Shown here: piece by piece, positions 1-12,221 of the stretch
Layout of the letters: each line of letters starts with the position of its first letter
Numbering within the stretch: the first letter of the stretch is position 1
Translations under genes and position numbers: made by a program
The notes under the pieces: model-generated
The model's database searches: none
Told to the model about the DNA's origin: nothing
The model's input: the letters and a program-made list of their open reading frames with translations, nothing else
DNA from: Lysobacter sp.
Lineage (GTDB): Bacteria; Pseudomonadota; Gammaproteobacteria; Xanthomonadales; Xanthomonadaceae
Length of the DNA: 64,000 nucleotides
Assembly (NCBI GenBank): GCA_035645555.1
Contig: DASQMI010000069.1
Span: 1,388-65,387 of the forward strand
Reading direction: 5' to 3'

Positions 1-206
1 CCGCAGAGGTCATCACGGTCACGCCGAACGACACCGTCGAGCGCTGCATGCAGATCATGACCCGGGAGCGCATCCGGCATCTGCCGGTGATGGACGGCGG
101 CCGGGTGGTCGGCGTGGTGTCGATCGGCGACCTGGTCAAGGCGGTGATCGAGGACCAGCAGCTGGAGCTGGACCAGTTGCAGCGCTACATCGCCGGTGCC
201 GCCTGA
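1..206 (+). CDS. CBS-domain protein, C-terminal part (truncated by window start)
   Basis: Frame 3 reads AEVITVTPNDTVERCMQIMTRERIRHLPVMDGGRVVGVVSIGDLVKAVIEDQQ, a typical CBS repeat (IRHLPV, VGVVSIGDLV); TGA at 204-206. Confidence 0.85.
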   Translation, partial: AEVITVTPNDTVERCMQIMTRERIRHLPVMDGGRVVGVVSIGDLVKAVIEDQQLELDQLQRYIAGAA

Positions 207-212
207 GCGCGG

Positions 213-2177
213 TTACCTGGCGTAGCGCCCGCCGCAGTCGGCGTTTTTCCCCGGGCCCAGCTCAAGCGTCGCCAGCAACGCCGCAGGCGGCGTGATCGTG
301 CCCAGCGCCAGCGCGATTGCGCCGCGCAGGCCGATGCGGCCGTAATCCGGGCGCACGCTCGGCTTCTTGAAGCGGCCTTTCACGTACAGCGGCGCGCGCA
401 GCGCGAGCAGGCTGCGGTCCTTCGGTCGCGGCCGGATGGTGAGGTCGAGCTCCTCGTCGGCCAGGTCGATCGTGCCCGAGCCGATCAGGATGGTGTCGGC
501 GGTGTCGAACGCGAACGCGCGCGTCGTCATCACGCCGTCCTGCACCGCGAAGTCGGCGAAGGCGCAGCGCACCGCCACCTTGCGGTCGCGCGTGAGCTTG
601 AACTTGGCGATCTCGGCGAGGTCGATACCGGCGAATTCCATCAGCAGGTTGCTGATCTGGCCGCGTCCCATGCCGATGGCGACCGCGCCGTCGCTGCTGC
701 CGAGCATCTGCGCGATCGAATTGCCGGTGCCGGTGAGCTGGACGTGGCCGCCGACGCGGCCGACCGCGTCGCTGGCCAGCTTCACGTTCGGCAGCAGCTT
801 CGCGAGCGTCAGCCGCTGCGCCTCGATGTCCGCACGCGTGCGGATCGGGCTGCGGCGCGCGTCGAGCGTGACGGTGGAGCGGATGCGGCCGTCGGCGACG
901 CCGAAGTCGAGCGGGTCCAGCCGCAGCAGGCCGGCCTTCAGCGTGAGGTGCGCGTCCATCCGCTGCAGCGGCAGCTTGGGCGCGTCGATGCGCTGCGCCT
1001 GCAGGCGCACGTCGGCATCCATCGCGCGCAGCTTGTCGAGCCGGTACGGCGTGTCCGGCAGCAGGCGGTCGCGCTGGCGCTGACGGGCGGCGAGCGCGGC
1101 CAGTTGGGGATTGGTGGTTTCGTCCTCGCGCGGCGCGGCGCCGACGAAACCGGCGAGATCGTCGAAATCCAACCGCCGCGAGCGCAGGTCGGCGCGCAGG
1201 AACGGGCGCTCGCCGCCGGTAGTGACGTCCGCGTTGCCGGACAGGTCGCTGTCGCCGACGCGGCCACGGAAGCCGTGGTAGCGCCAGGTAGTGAGCGCGC
1301 CGTCGATGTCGCGGGTGAGGCGTCCGTCGAACGAATATGGCGGCGTCGGCGGCATCGACAGGCCGAGCAGCGGGTACAGGTCTTCGAGGTTGCGCCCGGC
1401 CAGCGCGAGGCGCAGATCGAAGTCTCGCAGCCGCAGCGGGTCGAGCAGGGTGCCGCGCGCGTGGGCGCGGGTGGCGCCGGCCACCGCGCGCACGTCGATG
1501 CGGTACGGACGCGCGCTGTCGCGCAGGCGTAGCGGCGAACCGGCGTTGCCCTCCATGCGGAACGCGTTGCCGCGCCAGCGGCCGCCGCCGGCCATCGCGA
1601 TCGGCGCAGCGTCGCCCGGCGTCGGCGGCAGCGTGTGCAGGCCGACGCGGATGTCGGTGCGCTGGCGGCCGTCGAGGAAGCGCAGCTGGCCGTGCTCGAT
1701 GCGCAGTCCGCGGTACTCGACCCGGGATTCCTCCTGCTTGCCGAACGTCCAGTTGCCGCCGGTGCCGCTCGGATGCGCTTCCAGCAACAGGCGCGGGCGG
1801 CGCAGACGCAGCCCCGGTAGCACGGTGCGTCCGGTCAGCAGCGGGCGGATCGCCAGGTCGAGCTCGGCACGGTCGGTCTCCGCCATCCACGGCTGCCGCG
1901 ACCACGCCGCGTTGCCGAAGCGCAGACGGTCCAGGCGCACGGTGGTCACCCAGCCGAGGTCGACGTCGAGATCGCCCTGGATGTCGAACGCGCGCCCGGT
2001 GCGCGCTTCCACCATGCGCTCGAGCGGGCGCCTGAACCAGTTCCAGTCCCACAGCAGCACCAGCACGACGATGGCGAGCAGCAGCAGCGCCGCAAGCGTG
2101 CGCCACGGGTGCCGCCGTACCGCCGACAGCGGGCCGGGGCGTGCGGACGGTTCGGCGGCAGCAGCGTCGTGGGCCAT
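213..2177 (-). CDS. AsmA family protein (YhjG-like)
   Basis: 654 aa; N-terminal TM followed by WDWNWFRRPLER; C-terminal AsmA_2-like segment (RCAFADF..DGVM....FAFDTADTILIGSGTIDLADEELDL). Confidence 0.85.
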   Translation of the reverse strand: MAHDAAAAEPSARPGPLSAVRRHPWRTLAALLLLAIVVLVLLWDWNWFRRPLERMVEARTGRAFDIQGDLDVDLGWVTTVRLDRLRFGNAAWSRQPWMAETDRAELDLAIRPLLTGRTVLPGLRLRRPRLLLEAHPSGTGGNWTFGKQEESRVEYRGLRIEHGQLRFLDGRQRTDIRVGLHTLPPTPGDAAPIAMAGGGRWRGNAFRMEGNAGSPLRLRDSARPYRIDVRAVAGATRAHARGTLLDPLRLRDFDLRLALAGRNLEDLYPLLGLSMPPTPPYSFDGRLTRDIDGALTTWRYHGFRGRVGDSDLSGNADVTTGGERPFLRADLRSRRLDFDDLAGFVGAAPREDETTNPQLAALAARQRQRDRLLPDTPYRLDKLRAMDADVRLQAQRIDAPKLPLQRMDAHLTLKAGLLRLDPLDFGVADGRIRSTVTLDARRSPIRTRADIEAQRLTLAKLLPNVKLASDAVGRVGGHVQLTGTGNSIAQMLGSSDGAVAIGMGRGQISNLLMEFAGIDLAEIAKFKLTRDRKVAVRCAFADFAVQDGVMTTRAFAFDTADTILIGSGTIDLADEELDLTIRPRPKDRSLLALRAPLYVKGRFKKPSVRPDYGRIGLRGAIALALGTITPPAALLATLELGPGKNADCGGRYAR

Positions 2178-2305
2178 CGGCCGATGACCTTCGGCCGCGG
2201 CCGGTCAAATGCAGGTGAACCGTGCGGGACGGGGTTCAGCAGGCGTTCGCGCACGGTCGCGCCGCCGCCCGTTGCTACACTGCGGCGGATTCCCGGGGTT
2301 TTCGC

Positions 2306-2929
2306 ATGATCGTTTCGCACGCGCACCGCTTCATCTTCGTCGCCATTCCGAAGACCGGCACCCATTCGGTGCGCCAGGCGCTGCGCGAGCACATGGCCGA
2401 GGGTGATCTCGAGCAGGTGGGGCTGTTCGTCAACAAGCGCTTTCCGTGGCCGGAGCTGGCCGCGCTGCACCATGGTCATCTGAGCCTCACCCAGGTGCGC
2501 CCGTTCCTCGGCGAGGACGCGTTCGCCCGCTATTTCAAGTTCGCGTTCGTGCGCAATCCGTTCGACCGCTTCGTCTCGTACTGCTCGTTCATGACCCGCG
2601 ACAGCGACGCGTTCCAGCAGAACCCGCGCGCGGTGATGCACCACGTGCTGTTCACCCTGCGGCCGGTGCAGCACCTGCTGTTCCAGCCGCAGTACCTGCT
2701 GCTGACGGACGACGACGGCCGGCTGCTGGCCGACGATCTCGGCCGGGTGGAGGACATGCAGGGCTCGTTCGACCGGGTGTGCGAGCGCATCGGCGTCCCG
2801 AGCCGCGCGCTCGACCGGGTGAACAGCAGCCGTCGCGGCGACTATCGGCAGTACTACGACCAGAAGCTCATCGATGGGGTCGGCGAGCTGTACGCCCGCG
2901 ACCTCGAACTGTTCGGCTACACGTTCTGA
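2306..2929 (+). CDS. Sulfotransferase family 2 protein (cytoplasmic)
   Basis: ATG at 2306 (MIVSHAHRFIFVAIPKTGTHSVRQAL); 5'-PSB-like PKTGT and 3'-PB-like FVRNPFDRFVSY motifs; TACACT -10-like hexamer at 2276-2281. Confidence 0.85.
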   Translation: MIVSHAHRFIFVAIPKTGTHSVRQALREHMAEGDLEQVGLFVNKRFPWPELAALHHGHLSLTQVRPFLGEDAFARYFKFAFVRNPFDRFVSYCSFMTRDSDAFQQNPRAVMHHVLFTLRPVQHLLFQPQYLLLTDDDGRLLADDLGRVEDMQGSFDRVCERIGVPSRALDRVNSSRRGDYRQYYDQKLIDGVGELYARDLELFGYTF

Positions 2930-2936
2930 GGCGGCG

Positions 2937-3557
2937 ATGCACGAGCTCGAGGCCAACCCGCGTAAGACCCCCGCCGTGCGCCGGCTCGGTCCGGTCGACA
3001 TCGACGCGCTGCGCGCGGCGGTGCTGCGCATTCCCGAAGCGGTGTGGGACGCGGAGAACGCCGACAAGCCGAACCGCTTCGAAGCGCTCGACCGCACCCG
3101 GCACATCGTGTTCCGCTTCGTCAGCAACTTCGTCGACTGGCGGCAGTCGTACGAGCGGCCGCTGTGGGCCGAATGGCGCGCGCTGCTCGAACCGGTGCTG
3201 GCGCAGGCCACCGCACCCTACGGCTACGCGCGCGCCGCGTTTCCGCGGGTGATGCTGGCGCGGATGGCGCCCGGTGGCGTGATCAAGCCGCACCGCGACG
3301 CCAACCCGGCGGCGAAGTGGCCGCACAAGATTCACGTGCCGCTGCTGACCAACGAGAAGGTGACGTTCTTCGTCGATGGGGTGGGCTACCACTTCGCCGA
3401 AGGCGAGGCGGTCGAGGTCAACAACATGGGCGTGCACGCGGTGCAGAACGCCGGCGACACCGACCGCATCCACCTGATCTTCGAGTACTACGACCTCGAC
3501 CAGCCCGAGCCCGCGTGGCTGGCGCCGCTGCTGGCGCAGGCGCAGGCGCGCGGCTAG
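2937..3557 (+). CDS. Aspartyl/asparaginyl beta-hydroxylase domain protein (2OG-Fe(II) oxygenase)
   Basis: ATG at 2937 after GAGG; MLARMAPGGVIKPHRD (HxD), VEVNNMGVHAVQN (distal His), DRIHLIFEYY (2OG-binding Arg). Confidence 0.85.
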   Translation: MHELEANPRKTPAVRRLGPVDIDALRAAVLRIPEAVWDAENADKPNRFEALDRTRHIVFRFVSNFVDWRQSYERPLWAEWRALLEPVLAQATAPYGYARAAFPRVMLARMAPGGVIKPHRDANPAAKWPHKIHVPLLTNEKVTFFVDGVGYHFAEGEAVEVNNMGVHAVQNAGDTDRIHLIFEYYDLDQPEPAWLAPLLAQAQARG

Positions 3558-3566
3558 GCGCGCGCC

Positions 3567-5171
<1,605 letters not shown>

Positions 5172-5247
5172 GGCGTCGGCGCGGCGGGGCGCCGTTCGGG
5201 CAGGCAGGGGGATCGCGGAAGTATAGCCGGCGCGCCCGCGGCTGCGC

Positions 5248-6327
5248 TCAGCGCGTGCAGGCCGGATCGAGCTTCAGCGTGCGGGCGATCTCGGCCAGAT
5301 CGAACGCGGCGATCGCCTTGTCGTCATGGACGGCGAACAGCGCGCCGCTGGGGAACGCCTGCGACGGCTGCGCGTTCAGCGCGATGCCGTCGGTGTGCGC
5401 GGTGCTGCGCCCGGTGAAGCTGCCGACCGGCGCCAGCGTCACCCGGTCGAACAGGTGGAAGTGGGTGTACGGCGCCAGCTGGTCGACCGTGATCCAGTAG
5501 CCGCCATCGCCGCACGTCCACAGCGCCACGCCCTCGGCCTCGGCGGCAAAGCTGTCCGGCGGCAGGCTGCGGCCGGTGGCGCGGCCGTCGAAGCGGTACT
5601 CGCGCAGGGTCGAGGCGGGGCGGTATTCGTCGGCGATCAGCAGGCGGTCGTTGGCCGGATCGCCGGCCAGCGATTCGACGATGCGCAGCGCCTGCTCGCG
5701 GTCGGTCTCGCCGAACGCGCCGGCGTAGCCCGCATGCATGCGGCCGTCGGGTTCGAAGCGCAACCGATAGCGGCGCACGCGCTGGTTCATCTCCTCCAGC
5801 GGCGGCAACTCGTCGTAATGCTCGCCGTACATGAAGCTGTCGGTGACGTAGGCGACCAGCTCGCCCGGCTCGGTGGCGTCCAGCCAGATGCCGTACGGGC
5901 TGCGCAGCTCGTCCTCGCCGAAGCTGGCGAGCGGGCGGAACTCCGGCAGCGCCAGCACCTGCACCCGGCGGTTGTCGCGCTCGACCACGAACAGCCGGTC
6001 GCGGTGCACGGCGACGCCGTTCGGGCGGCGGAACGCGCCCAGCGCCTTGCCTTCCTCGCCGACCGTGCGGAGGCGCCGGCCGGTGTCGGCGTCGAACACC
6101 ACCAGACGGTGACTGCTCTTCGCGGTGACGATCAGCCAGTTGCGGCCGTCCGGGCCCTTCCAGCTGGCGAGCGAATCCAGCTCGTCCTGCGGCTCGGCCG
6201 CCGAGACGTAACGTTCGGCGACCATCGCCGGCATGCGGGCGTCGCGGGCCGCGGCGGCGGATTCCGCGGATGCGGGGCCGCAGGCGAGGGCGAGAGCGAG
6301 GGCAAGCAGGGGCACAAGGGCGCGCAT
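5248..6327 (-). CDS. Beta-propeller phytase (secreted)
   Basis: Signal peptide [15 protein letters not shown]; [20 protein letters not shown] and LFAVHDD segments typical of the phytase propeller; start chosen at 6327. Confidence 0.75.
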   Translation of the reverse strand: MRALVPLLALALALACGPASAESAAAARDARMPAMVAERYVSAAEPQDELDSLASWKGPDGRNWLIVTAKSSHRLVVFDADTGRRLRTVGEEGKALGAFRRPNGVAVHRDRLFVVERDNRRVQVLALPEFRPLASFGEDELRSPYGIWLDATEPGELVAYVTDSFMYGEHYDELPPLEEMNQRVRRYRLRFEPDGRMHAGYAGAFGETDREQALRIVESLAGDPANDRLLIADEYRPASTLREYRFDGRATGRSLPPDSFAAEAEGVALWTCGDGGYWITVDQLAPYTHFHLFDRVTLAPVGSFTGRSTAHTDGIALNAQPSQAFPSGALFAVHDDKAIAAFDLAEIARTLKLDPACTR

Positions 6328-6430
6328 GGCGGCCGAGTCTACGCGGGTCACGGCCGGATGCGCACGCCGTCACGAATCCGGCGGCTCCCGCGCGATGAGC
6401 GGGGCGCGCGAGCGCCGCGCGCCGTCCGGG

Positions 6431-6709
6431 TCAGCCCGTGGTCTCGCCGTCCTCGCCGTTGTCCTCGATCTCCTCGACCTCGTCGCGCACGAGGTGCAGC
6501 CCCTCGTAGTCCGGATCGGGCGTGTCGATCTTCAGCGCCAGCGCCTCGTGGCCGATGATCACGGTCACCCCCGCCCCCGGCGGCAGCACCGAACTGAACA
6601 CCGTGCCAGCCTCGGTGACCAGCTGCACGCGTTGCGCGACATTGCCCTGGTTCTGCACCTGCACGCCGTCGCCCGGCTGAAGCTGCTGCTGCTCGACGAA
6701 TTCGTTCAT
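6431..6709 (-). CDS. Small acidic hypothetical protein (92 aa)
   Basis: ATG at 6709 preceded by GAGG; natural-looking composition unlike the shadow ORFs; acidic tail. Confidence 0.7.
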   Translation of the reverse strand: MNEFVEQQQLQPGDGVQVQNQGNVAQRVQLVTEAGTVFSSVLPPGAGVTVIIGHEALALKIDTPDPDYEGLHLVRDEVEEIEDNGEDGETTG

Positions 6710-6795
6710 GTCGCGCCTCGCTCGCATCGGGCCTCCGAGTGTGCGCGCGCCGGCCGCAACGCCGTGCGAATGCGCGATGTCGCGTCACGCCGTGT

Positions 6796-9700
6796 TCACT
6801 GGTGCGCCGGGGCGAGCGCGGGAATCCGCGCGCCGCGGATCTCGCCGACTGCCTTCAGGCGCCCGTCGACGAGCAACTTGGACAGCTCGCTGTGGATGTC
6901 GGCGAGCACCGTGCGCAGGTCGGTGCGCTCGGTCGGGCGGAACGCCGCCCAGCCGTCGCGGCCGCGGCTCTTGACGAAATACAGCGCCTGGTCGGCCAGC
7001 TCCACCAGCGCCTCCCAGTTGAAGTGGGCGCGCACGTCGCGGAACAGCGGATATTCGGCGAAGCCGATCGAGCAGGTCAGCTGGATGGTGTCGCCGTTGG
7101 CGACCGCGAAGTCGTGCCCGTTGACCGCGTTGCGCAGACGGCGGCCGATCACCCGCAGGTGGTCGCGCGGCATCGGCCGGAACACCAGCAGGAACTCCTC
7201 GCCGCCCCAGCGCGCGACGTAATCGCCGCTGCGCACCTGCGCGGCGAGGATCTCGGCGAACTGCTGCAGCACCATGTCGCCGGATCGATGGCCGAAGTGG
7301 TCGTTCACCGCCTTGAAGTGGTCGATGTCGACCAGCGCGATCACCATCACCTCGTCCTGATGCACGCCAAGCGCGAGCTGGCGGTCGTAGTAGGCGAGGT
7401 CGGCCGGGATCTGGTCGGTGACGTAGCGGCGGTTGCGCAGGCCGGTCAGCGGATCGGTGCGGCTGACGTCCTCCAGCCGCTGCTTGGCCTCCTCCAGCGC
7501 CTGCGTGCGCTGCCGCACCACGCCCTCCAGCGCGATCCGCTGCTTGCGATGGCGGTGCTGCTGGTAGCGGTAGCCGGCGTAGGCGAGCGCGCCCAGCAGC
7601 AGCACGATCACCGCCGCGAACGCGCGGGTCTCGTGCAGGTACGGGCGGATGGTGAACGCGAGCGCGGTCGGCTGCGCGGAAAGCCCGGTGTTGTTGGCGC
7701 CGGCGACCTCGAACACGTAGTCGCCTGGCGGCAGGTTGGTGTAGCGCGTGCTGCGGTTGGTCGGATCGGCCTGGCGCCAGGCGCGGTCGTAGCCGCGCAG
7801 CCGGTACTGCAGGGTGACACTTTCCGGATCCTGCAGGCTCAGCACAGTGAACTCGAAGCCGAGGTCGCGCGCGTCGGCGGGCAGCGCCGCATCCGCCACC
7901 GTCGCGGCCGGCATCCAGCTGTCGCCCTGCTGCACGCGCTCGATCACCGCCTGCGGCGCCACCGTGTTCTTGACGATGTCGCGCGGGTCCAGCGCGACCA
8001 CGCCGTCGCGGCTGGGCAGCCACAGCTGGCCGTTGCGCTGGAAACCCTTCGCCGTGCCGGCGCCGTTGCAGCAGTAGCCCTGCTGGCCGCTGCGCGGATC
8101 GCCGCGCTCGTTGAGCACCATCTCGCCGCGCACGCGTTCGCTGCGGCCGAGGCCGATCGCGTCCAGGTCGGCCAGCGGCACGCGCACGATGCCGCGCAGG
8201 CCGGCGGTCCACAGGTAGCCGCCGAGCTCGGTGATGAAGAACGCCGGGTTGGCCGGCATGCCCTGTTCCGGCCCGAGCCGGATCCAGCGCTTGCCGTCGG
8301 TGAGGAACAGCCGCTCCGACAGGCTGCCCACCACCAGGCGACCGTCCGGCAGTTCGTACAGCGAGGTGATGTCCGTCGGGCGTTCGCCGCTGCCGCCAAG
8401 CGCGGCGAAGCGGCTGCCGCGCCATTCGTACACGCCGGTGCGGCTGCCGACCAGGACGCGGTCGTTGCGGGTGCGCAGCAGGTGCATCGCGCGCGAGTCG
8501 GCCAAGCCATCGGCCTCGCCGAAGCGGCGCACGTGGCCGCCGTGCAGACGGAACACGCCCTCGCTGGTGGGGATCCACAACCCGCCCTCGGCGTCGCGGA
8601 CGAAGCCGTGGACCTGCGCGCCGTCGAGCGTGCGCAGTTCCGCCGGCCGGCTCAGCGCGCCGATCCGGTCGCCGTCGAGCGCCAGGACGGCGACCCCGCG
8701 GCGGGTGCCAATCCATAGCCGGTCGTGCTCGGCGAGCAGGTTGTAGGCGTGCGGGTGCGGCAGCTGGTCGCCGCGCACCACCAGGCGGAAACGGCCGTCC
8801 TCGAAGAGGGCGAGGCCGTCGTTGGTGCCGACCCAGACCCGCCCGCGGGCGTCGGGCGTCACCGACCACACGATCGGCTCGTGCAGGCCTTCGGCGGTGC
8901 TGAAGCGGCGGGTCCAGGCGTCGCCGGTGCGCACCAGCCCCAGCCACTGGCTGCCGAACCACAGGTTGCCTTCGCGATCCTCGAATGCGCTGCGCAGGCC
9001 GGGAATGCCGCCGGCGCCGCGCGCGGGGACGAATTCGGCCAGGCGGCCGTGGCGGATGCGCGCCAGGCCCATGTCGCCGCCGGCCCACACGTTGCCGTCG
9101 CGGTCGGCGTACAGCAGCTCGATCGGCGCGTTGCGCAGCGACGGCACGGCGGTGAACTCGTGCCACTGGCCGTCCTCGCCGAGCGAATACAGGCCGAGCG
9201 CGGTGGCCGCCCACATCCGGCCCTGGGCATGCAGCAGGCGTTGCACGGCCGCGTTGGCGGCCGCGGCCGGCAGCGGATAGGCGCGCCAGCGGCCGACCGG
9301 ATCGCGCCGGCGCACTTCGCCGCGCGCGCCGACCCACAGCCCGTCCGGCCGCCACCACAGCGCGTGCGCCGGCCGCGGCGAGGTCTCCACCGGCCACAGC
9401 CGCCCGCCGCGCAGCAGGAACACGCCTTCGGCGGCGGCGATCCACAGCGTGCCGCGGCCGTCCTCGGCGAACGCGTAGACGTCGATGCCCGGCCAGCGCT
9501 GCGGGTCGATGGTCGGGACCGCGGCGAAGCGGCGGCCGTCGTGCACCGCCACGCCCTTGTAGGTGCCGATCCAGACCCGGCCGTCGCGGGCGGCGTGCAG
9601 CGCGCGGATCCACACCGCCGGCAGTGCCGGTTCGTTGTCGGGAGTGAACGACGTGAAGCGCACGCCGTCGAAGCGCGCCACCCCGGCCTGGGTGCCGACC

Positions 9701-9876
9701 CACAGGTAGCCGGCGCGGTCCTGGGTGATCGCCGCTACGGTGATCTGCGGCAGGCCCTGCTCGATCGACCACGTCTGCCGGACGTGGTGGTGGAACGCCT
9801 TGTCGGGCTCCAGGCCGCGCACCAGGCGCGGCGCCAGCAGGCACAGGAGCCCCAGCAGGATGACGACGGTGCGCAT
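6796..9876 (-). CDS. Diguanylate cyclase with periplasmic two-component-regulator propeller and Y_Y_Y domains
   Basis: Signal peptide; repeated GxLWVGT blades; YRLRGYD and [13 protein letters not shown] (Y_Y_Y); one TM; [12 protein letters not shown]; RSGD I-site and WGGEEF A-site. Confidence 0.93.
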   Translation of the reverse strand: MRTVVILLGLLCLLAPRLVRGLEPDKAFHHHVRQTWSIEQGLPQITVAAITQDRAGYLWVGTQAGVARFDGVRFTSFTPDNEPALPAVWIRALHAARDGRVWIGTYKGVAVHDGRRFAAVPTIDPQRWPGIDVYAFAEDGRGTLWIAAAEGVFLLRGGRLWPVETSPRPAHALWWRPDGLWVGARGEVRRRDPVGRWRAYPLPAAAANAAVQRLLHAQGRMWAATALGLYSLGEDGQWHEFTAVPSLRNAPIELLYADRDGNVWAGGDMGLARIRHGRLAEFVPARGAGGIPGLRSAFEDREGNLWFGSQWLGLVRTGDAWTRRFSTAEGLHEPIVWSVTPDARGRVWVGTNDGLALFEDGRFRLVVRGDQLPHPHAYNLLAEHDRLWIGTRRGVAVLALDGDRIGALSRPAELRTLDGAQVHGFVRDAEGGLWIPTSEGVFRLHGGHVRRFGEADGLADSRAMHLLRTRNDRVLVGSRTGVYEWRGSRFAALGGSGERPTDITSLYELPDGRLVVGSLSERLFLTDGKRWIRLGPEQGMPANPAFFITELGGYLWTAGLRGIVRVPLADLDAIGLGRSERVRGEMVLNERGDPRSGQQGYCCNGAGTAKGFQRNGQLWLPSRDGVVALDPRDIVKNTVAPQAVIERVQQGDSWMPAATVADAALPADARDLGFEFTVLSLQDPESVTLQYRLRGYDRAWRQADPTNRSTRYTNLPPGDYVFEVAGANNTGLSAQPTALAFTIRPYLHETRAFAAVIVLLLGALAYAGYRYQQHRHRKQRIALEGVVRQRTQALEEAKQRLEDVSRTDPLTGLRNRRYVTDQIPADLAYYDRQLALGVHQDEVMVIALVDIDHFKAVNDHFGHRSGDMVLQQFAEILAAQVRSGDYVARWGGEEFLLVFRPMPRDHLRVIGRRLRNAVNGHDFAVANGDTIQLTCSIGFAEYPLFRDVRAHFNWEALVELADQALYFVKSRGRDGWAAFRPTERTDLRTVLADIHSELSKLLVDGRLKAVGEIRGARIPALAPAHQ

Positions 9877-9955
9877 GGCCGTGCCGCTCTTCCCCAGACG
9901 GTGACCCCGATGCCGAAGTTAGCGGCAGGGACCGGCCGGACCTGAGCGGGCACGT

Positions 9956-11338
9956 TCAGCATTCGATGACGTTCACCGCGAGCCCGCCGCGGGAGGTTTC
10001 CTTGTACTTGTCCTGCATGTCCCGGCCGGTGTCGCGCATGGTCTTGATGACCTTGTCCAGCGACACCTTGTGCTTGCCGTCGCCGCGCAGCGCCATCCGG
10101 CTGGCGTTGATCGCCTTCACCGCGCCCATCGCGTTGCGCTCGATGCACGGGATCTGCACCAGGCCGCCGATCGGGTCGCAGGTCAGGCCCAGGTTGTGCT
10201 CCATGCCGATCTCGGCGGCGTTCTCGACCTGGCCCGGGGTGCCGCCGAGCGCGGCGGTGAGGCCGGCGGCGGCCATCGAGCAGGCCACGCCGACCTCACC
10301 CTGGCAGCCGACCTCGGCGCCGCTGATCGACGCGTTTTCCTTGTAGAGGATGCCGACCGCGGCGGCGGTGAGCAGGAACTCGCGCACGCCGTGGATGCTG
10401 GCGCCCGGACAGAAGCGGTCGTAGTAGTGCAGGACCGCCGGGATGATCCCGGCCGCGCCGTTGGTCGGCGCCGTCACCACGCGGCCGCCGGCGGCGTTCT
10501 CCTCGTTGACCGCCAGCGCGTACAGGTTGACCCAGTCGAGCACCGTGAGCGGATCGCGCATCGCCGCCTCCGGGCGCGCGGACAGCTCGGCGTACAGCGC
10601 CGGCGCGCGCCGCGGCACGTGCAGGCCGCCGGGCAGGGTGCCCGCGGAACGGATGCCGCGCGCCACGCAGGCCTGCATCGCCGCCCAGATCTCGTCGAGC
10701 GCCGCGTCGATCTCCGCCGGCGTACGCCACACCTGCTCGTTGGCGTACATCAGCTGGCCGATGGTCATCGCGTGCTGCGCGCAACGCGCCAGCAGTTCGT
10801 CGCCGGAATGGAACGGATGCGGCAGCTCGGTGGTGTCGGCGACGATGCGGTCCTCCGCGGCTTCGTCCTGGTTGACCACGAAGCCGCCGCCGACCGAGTA
10901 GTAGTCGCGGGTGGCGATCACGTTGCCGTCGACGTCGAACGCCGTGAAGCGCATGCCGTTGGTGTGGAACGGCAGCTTCTGGCGCTTGTTCATGATGAGG
11001 TCGTGCTTCTCGTCGAAGCCGATCTCGTGCTGGCCGAACAGGCGGATGCGCTTGGTCGACCGGATCCGCTCCAGCGCCGGCGGGATGACGTCCGGGTCGA
11101 TCTGGTTCGGCCAATGGCCCTCCAGCCCCATCAGCACCGCCTTGTCGGTACCGTGGCCGCGGCCGGTGAGCGCGAGCGAACCGAACACCTCGGCGCGCAC
11201 GCGCACGGTGCGCGGCAGGTCGCCGTTCTCGATCAGCCAGCGCTGCACGAAGCGCGCGGCGGCGCGCATCGGCCCCACGGTGTGCGAGGAGCTCGGTCCG
11301 ACGCCGATCTTGAACAGGTCGAAGGTGCTGACGGCCAC
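9956..11338 (-). CDS. sdaA: L-serine ammonia-lyase
   Basis: GTG start [24 protein letters not shown]; [14 protein letters not shown]; [19 protein letters not shown]. Confidence 0.96.
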   Translation of the reverse strand: MAVSTFDLFKIGVGPSSSHTVGPMRAAARFVQRWLIENGDLPRTVRVRAEVFGSLALTGRGHGTDKAVLMGLEGHWPNQIDPDVIPPALERIRSTKRIRLFGQHEIGFDEKHDLIMNKRQKLPFHTNGMRFTAFDVDGNVIATRDYYSVGGGFVVNQDEAAEDRIVADTTELPHPFHSGDELLARCAQHAMTIGQLMYANEQVWRTPAEIDAALDEIWAAMQACVARGIRSAGTLPGGLHVPRRAPALYAELSARPEAAMRDPLTVLDWVNLYALAVNEENAAGGRVVTAPTNGAAGIIPAVLHYYDRFCPGASIHGVREFLLTAAAVGILYKENASISGAEVGCQGEVGVACSMAAAGLTAALGGTPGQVENAAEIGMEHNLGLTCDPIGGLVQIPCIERNAMGAVKAINASRMALRGDGKHKVSLDKVIKTMRDTGRDMQDKYKETSRGGLAVNVIEC

Positions 11339-11418
11339 GCGCGCAGGCCCGGAAATGAAGGAGGCGGCTATTCTACGCCGCCGCCTGCGTCCACCCGTTC
11401 CCGCCACCGGCCTACCGC

Positions 11419-11658
11419 ATGATCCGGTTCATCCTGTTCCAGCGCGACGACTGCCACCTGTGCGACCTCGCGCTGGACGTGCTGGCGCAGGCCCGGCTCC
11501 CCGAGTTCGAGAGCGTGTTCATCGACGAGGACGACGCGCTCGAGGCGCGCTACGGCCTGCGCGTGCCGGTGCTGCGCGACGCCCGCACCGAGCGCGAGCT
11601 GGACTGGCCGTTCGATGCCGATACGGTGCGTCGCTTCGTCGCCGGAGATCCGGGCTAG
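11419..11658 (+). CDS. Glutaredoxin-like protein (DUF836-like)
   Basis: 79 aa; RDDCHLCD (CxxC); YGLRVPVL; ELDWPFD. Confidence 0.88.
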   Translation: MIRFILFQRDDCHLCDLALDVLAQARLPEFESVFIDEDDALEARYGLRVPVLRDARTERELDWPFDADTVRRFVAGDPG

Positions 11659-12221
11659 CGCGGCGCGCCGGCGGCCGGCTGCAGCAGCACGCGTGCGCTG
11701 ACCGCCACCTCGTCGGGGATCACGCCGGTGTCGGCCCAGTCGCCGCCGCCGACGCCGAACTGCAGCCGCCGCACGCTCGCGCGGCCGCTGAGCACCGGCG
11801 TGGCGCCCGGGGTCCAGGTGAAGGTGAGCGTCACCGGCTTGTCGACCCCGCGCAGGCTGAGCGTGCCGTCGGCGGCGTAGCGACCGCCGCCGAGCGCGCG
11901 GAAACGGGTGGCCACGTAGCGCGCGTGCGGGAAACGCGAGGCGTCGAAGAAATCCGCGCCCTTCAGCGCGTCGTCGCGCTCGGCGTTGGCGGTGGCCGCG
12001 CTGGCGAGCGCGACGTCGACCTCCAGCCGAGCCTGCGCCAGCTGCTGTGGATCGAAGCGCAACCGCGTGTGGAAGCGCTCGAAGCGGCCGACGAACGTCT
12101 CGCCCTGGAACGCGCTCGCGAACGTCAGCGCGGAGCCGCGCGCCTGCACGTAGTCGCGCGCATGCGCCGGCACAGCGAGCGAAGCGAGCGCGAGCGCCGC
12201 GGCGAGCAGCTCACGGCGCAT
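11655..12221 (-). CDS. YceI family lipid/polyisoprenoid-binding protein
   Basis: Signal peptide; ERDDALKGADFFDASRFPHARY; DGTLSLRGVDKPVTL. Confidence 0.92.
   Translation of the reverse strand: MRRELLAAALALASLAVPAHARDYVQARGSALTFASAFQGETFVGRFERFHTRLRFDPQQLAQARLEVDVALASAATANAERDDALKGADFFDASRFPHARYVATRFRALGGGRYAADGTLSLRGVDKPVTLTFTWTPGATPVLSGRASVRRLQFGVGGGDWADTGVIPDEVAVSARVLLQPAAGAPR

Noticed and set aside
2306-2929. RaxST-type tyrosine sulfotransferase / RaxX system
   Set aside because: Short sulfotransferase-2-type protein; no raxAB transporter or recognisable precursor peptide nearby.
2937-3557. Lipid A hydroxylase LpxO
   Set aside because: Same superfamily, but this protein is shorter and lacks the terminal TM anchors typical of LpxO.
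6785-9844. 1019-aa ORF overlapping the GGDEF gene, and similar long ORFs (262..2208, 3585..5417, 31271..33025, 34537..36186, 40939..42558, 60480..62237)
   Set aside because: Arg/Ala/Gly/Pro-rich shadow or antisense frames expected at high GC; no domain motifs; each overlaps a well-supported gene.
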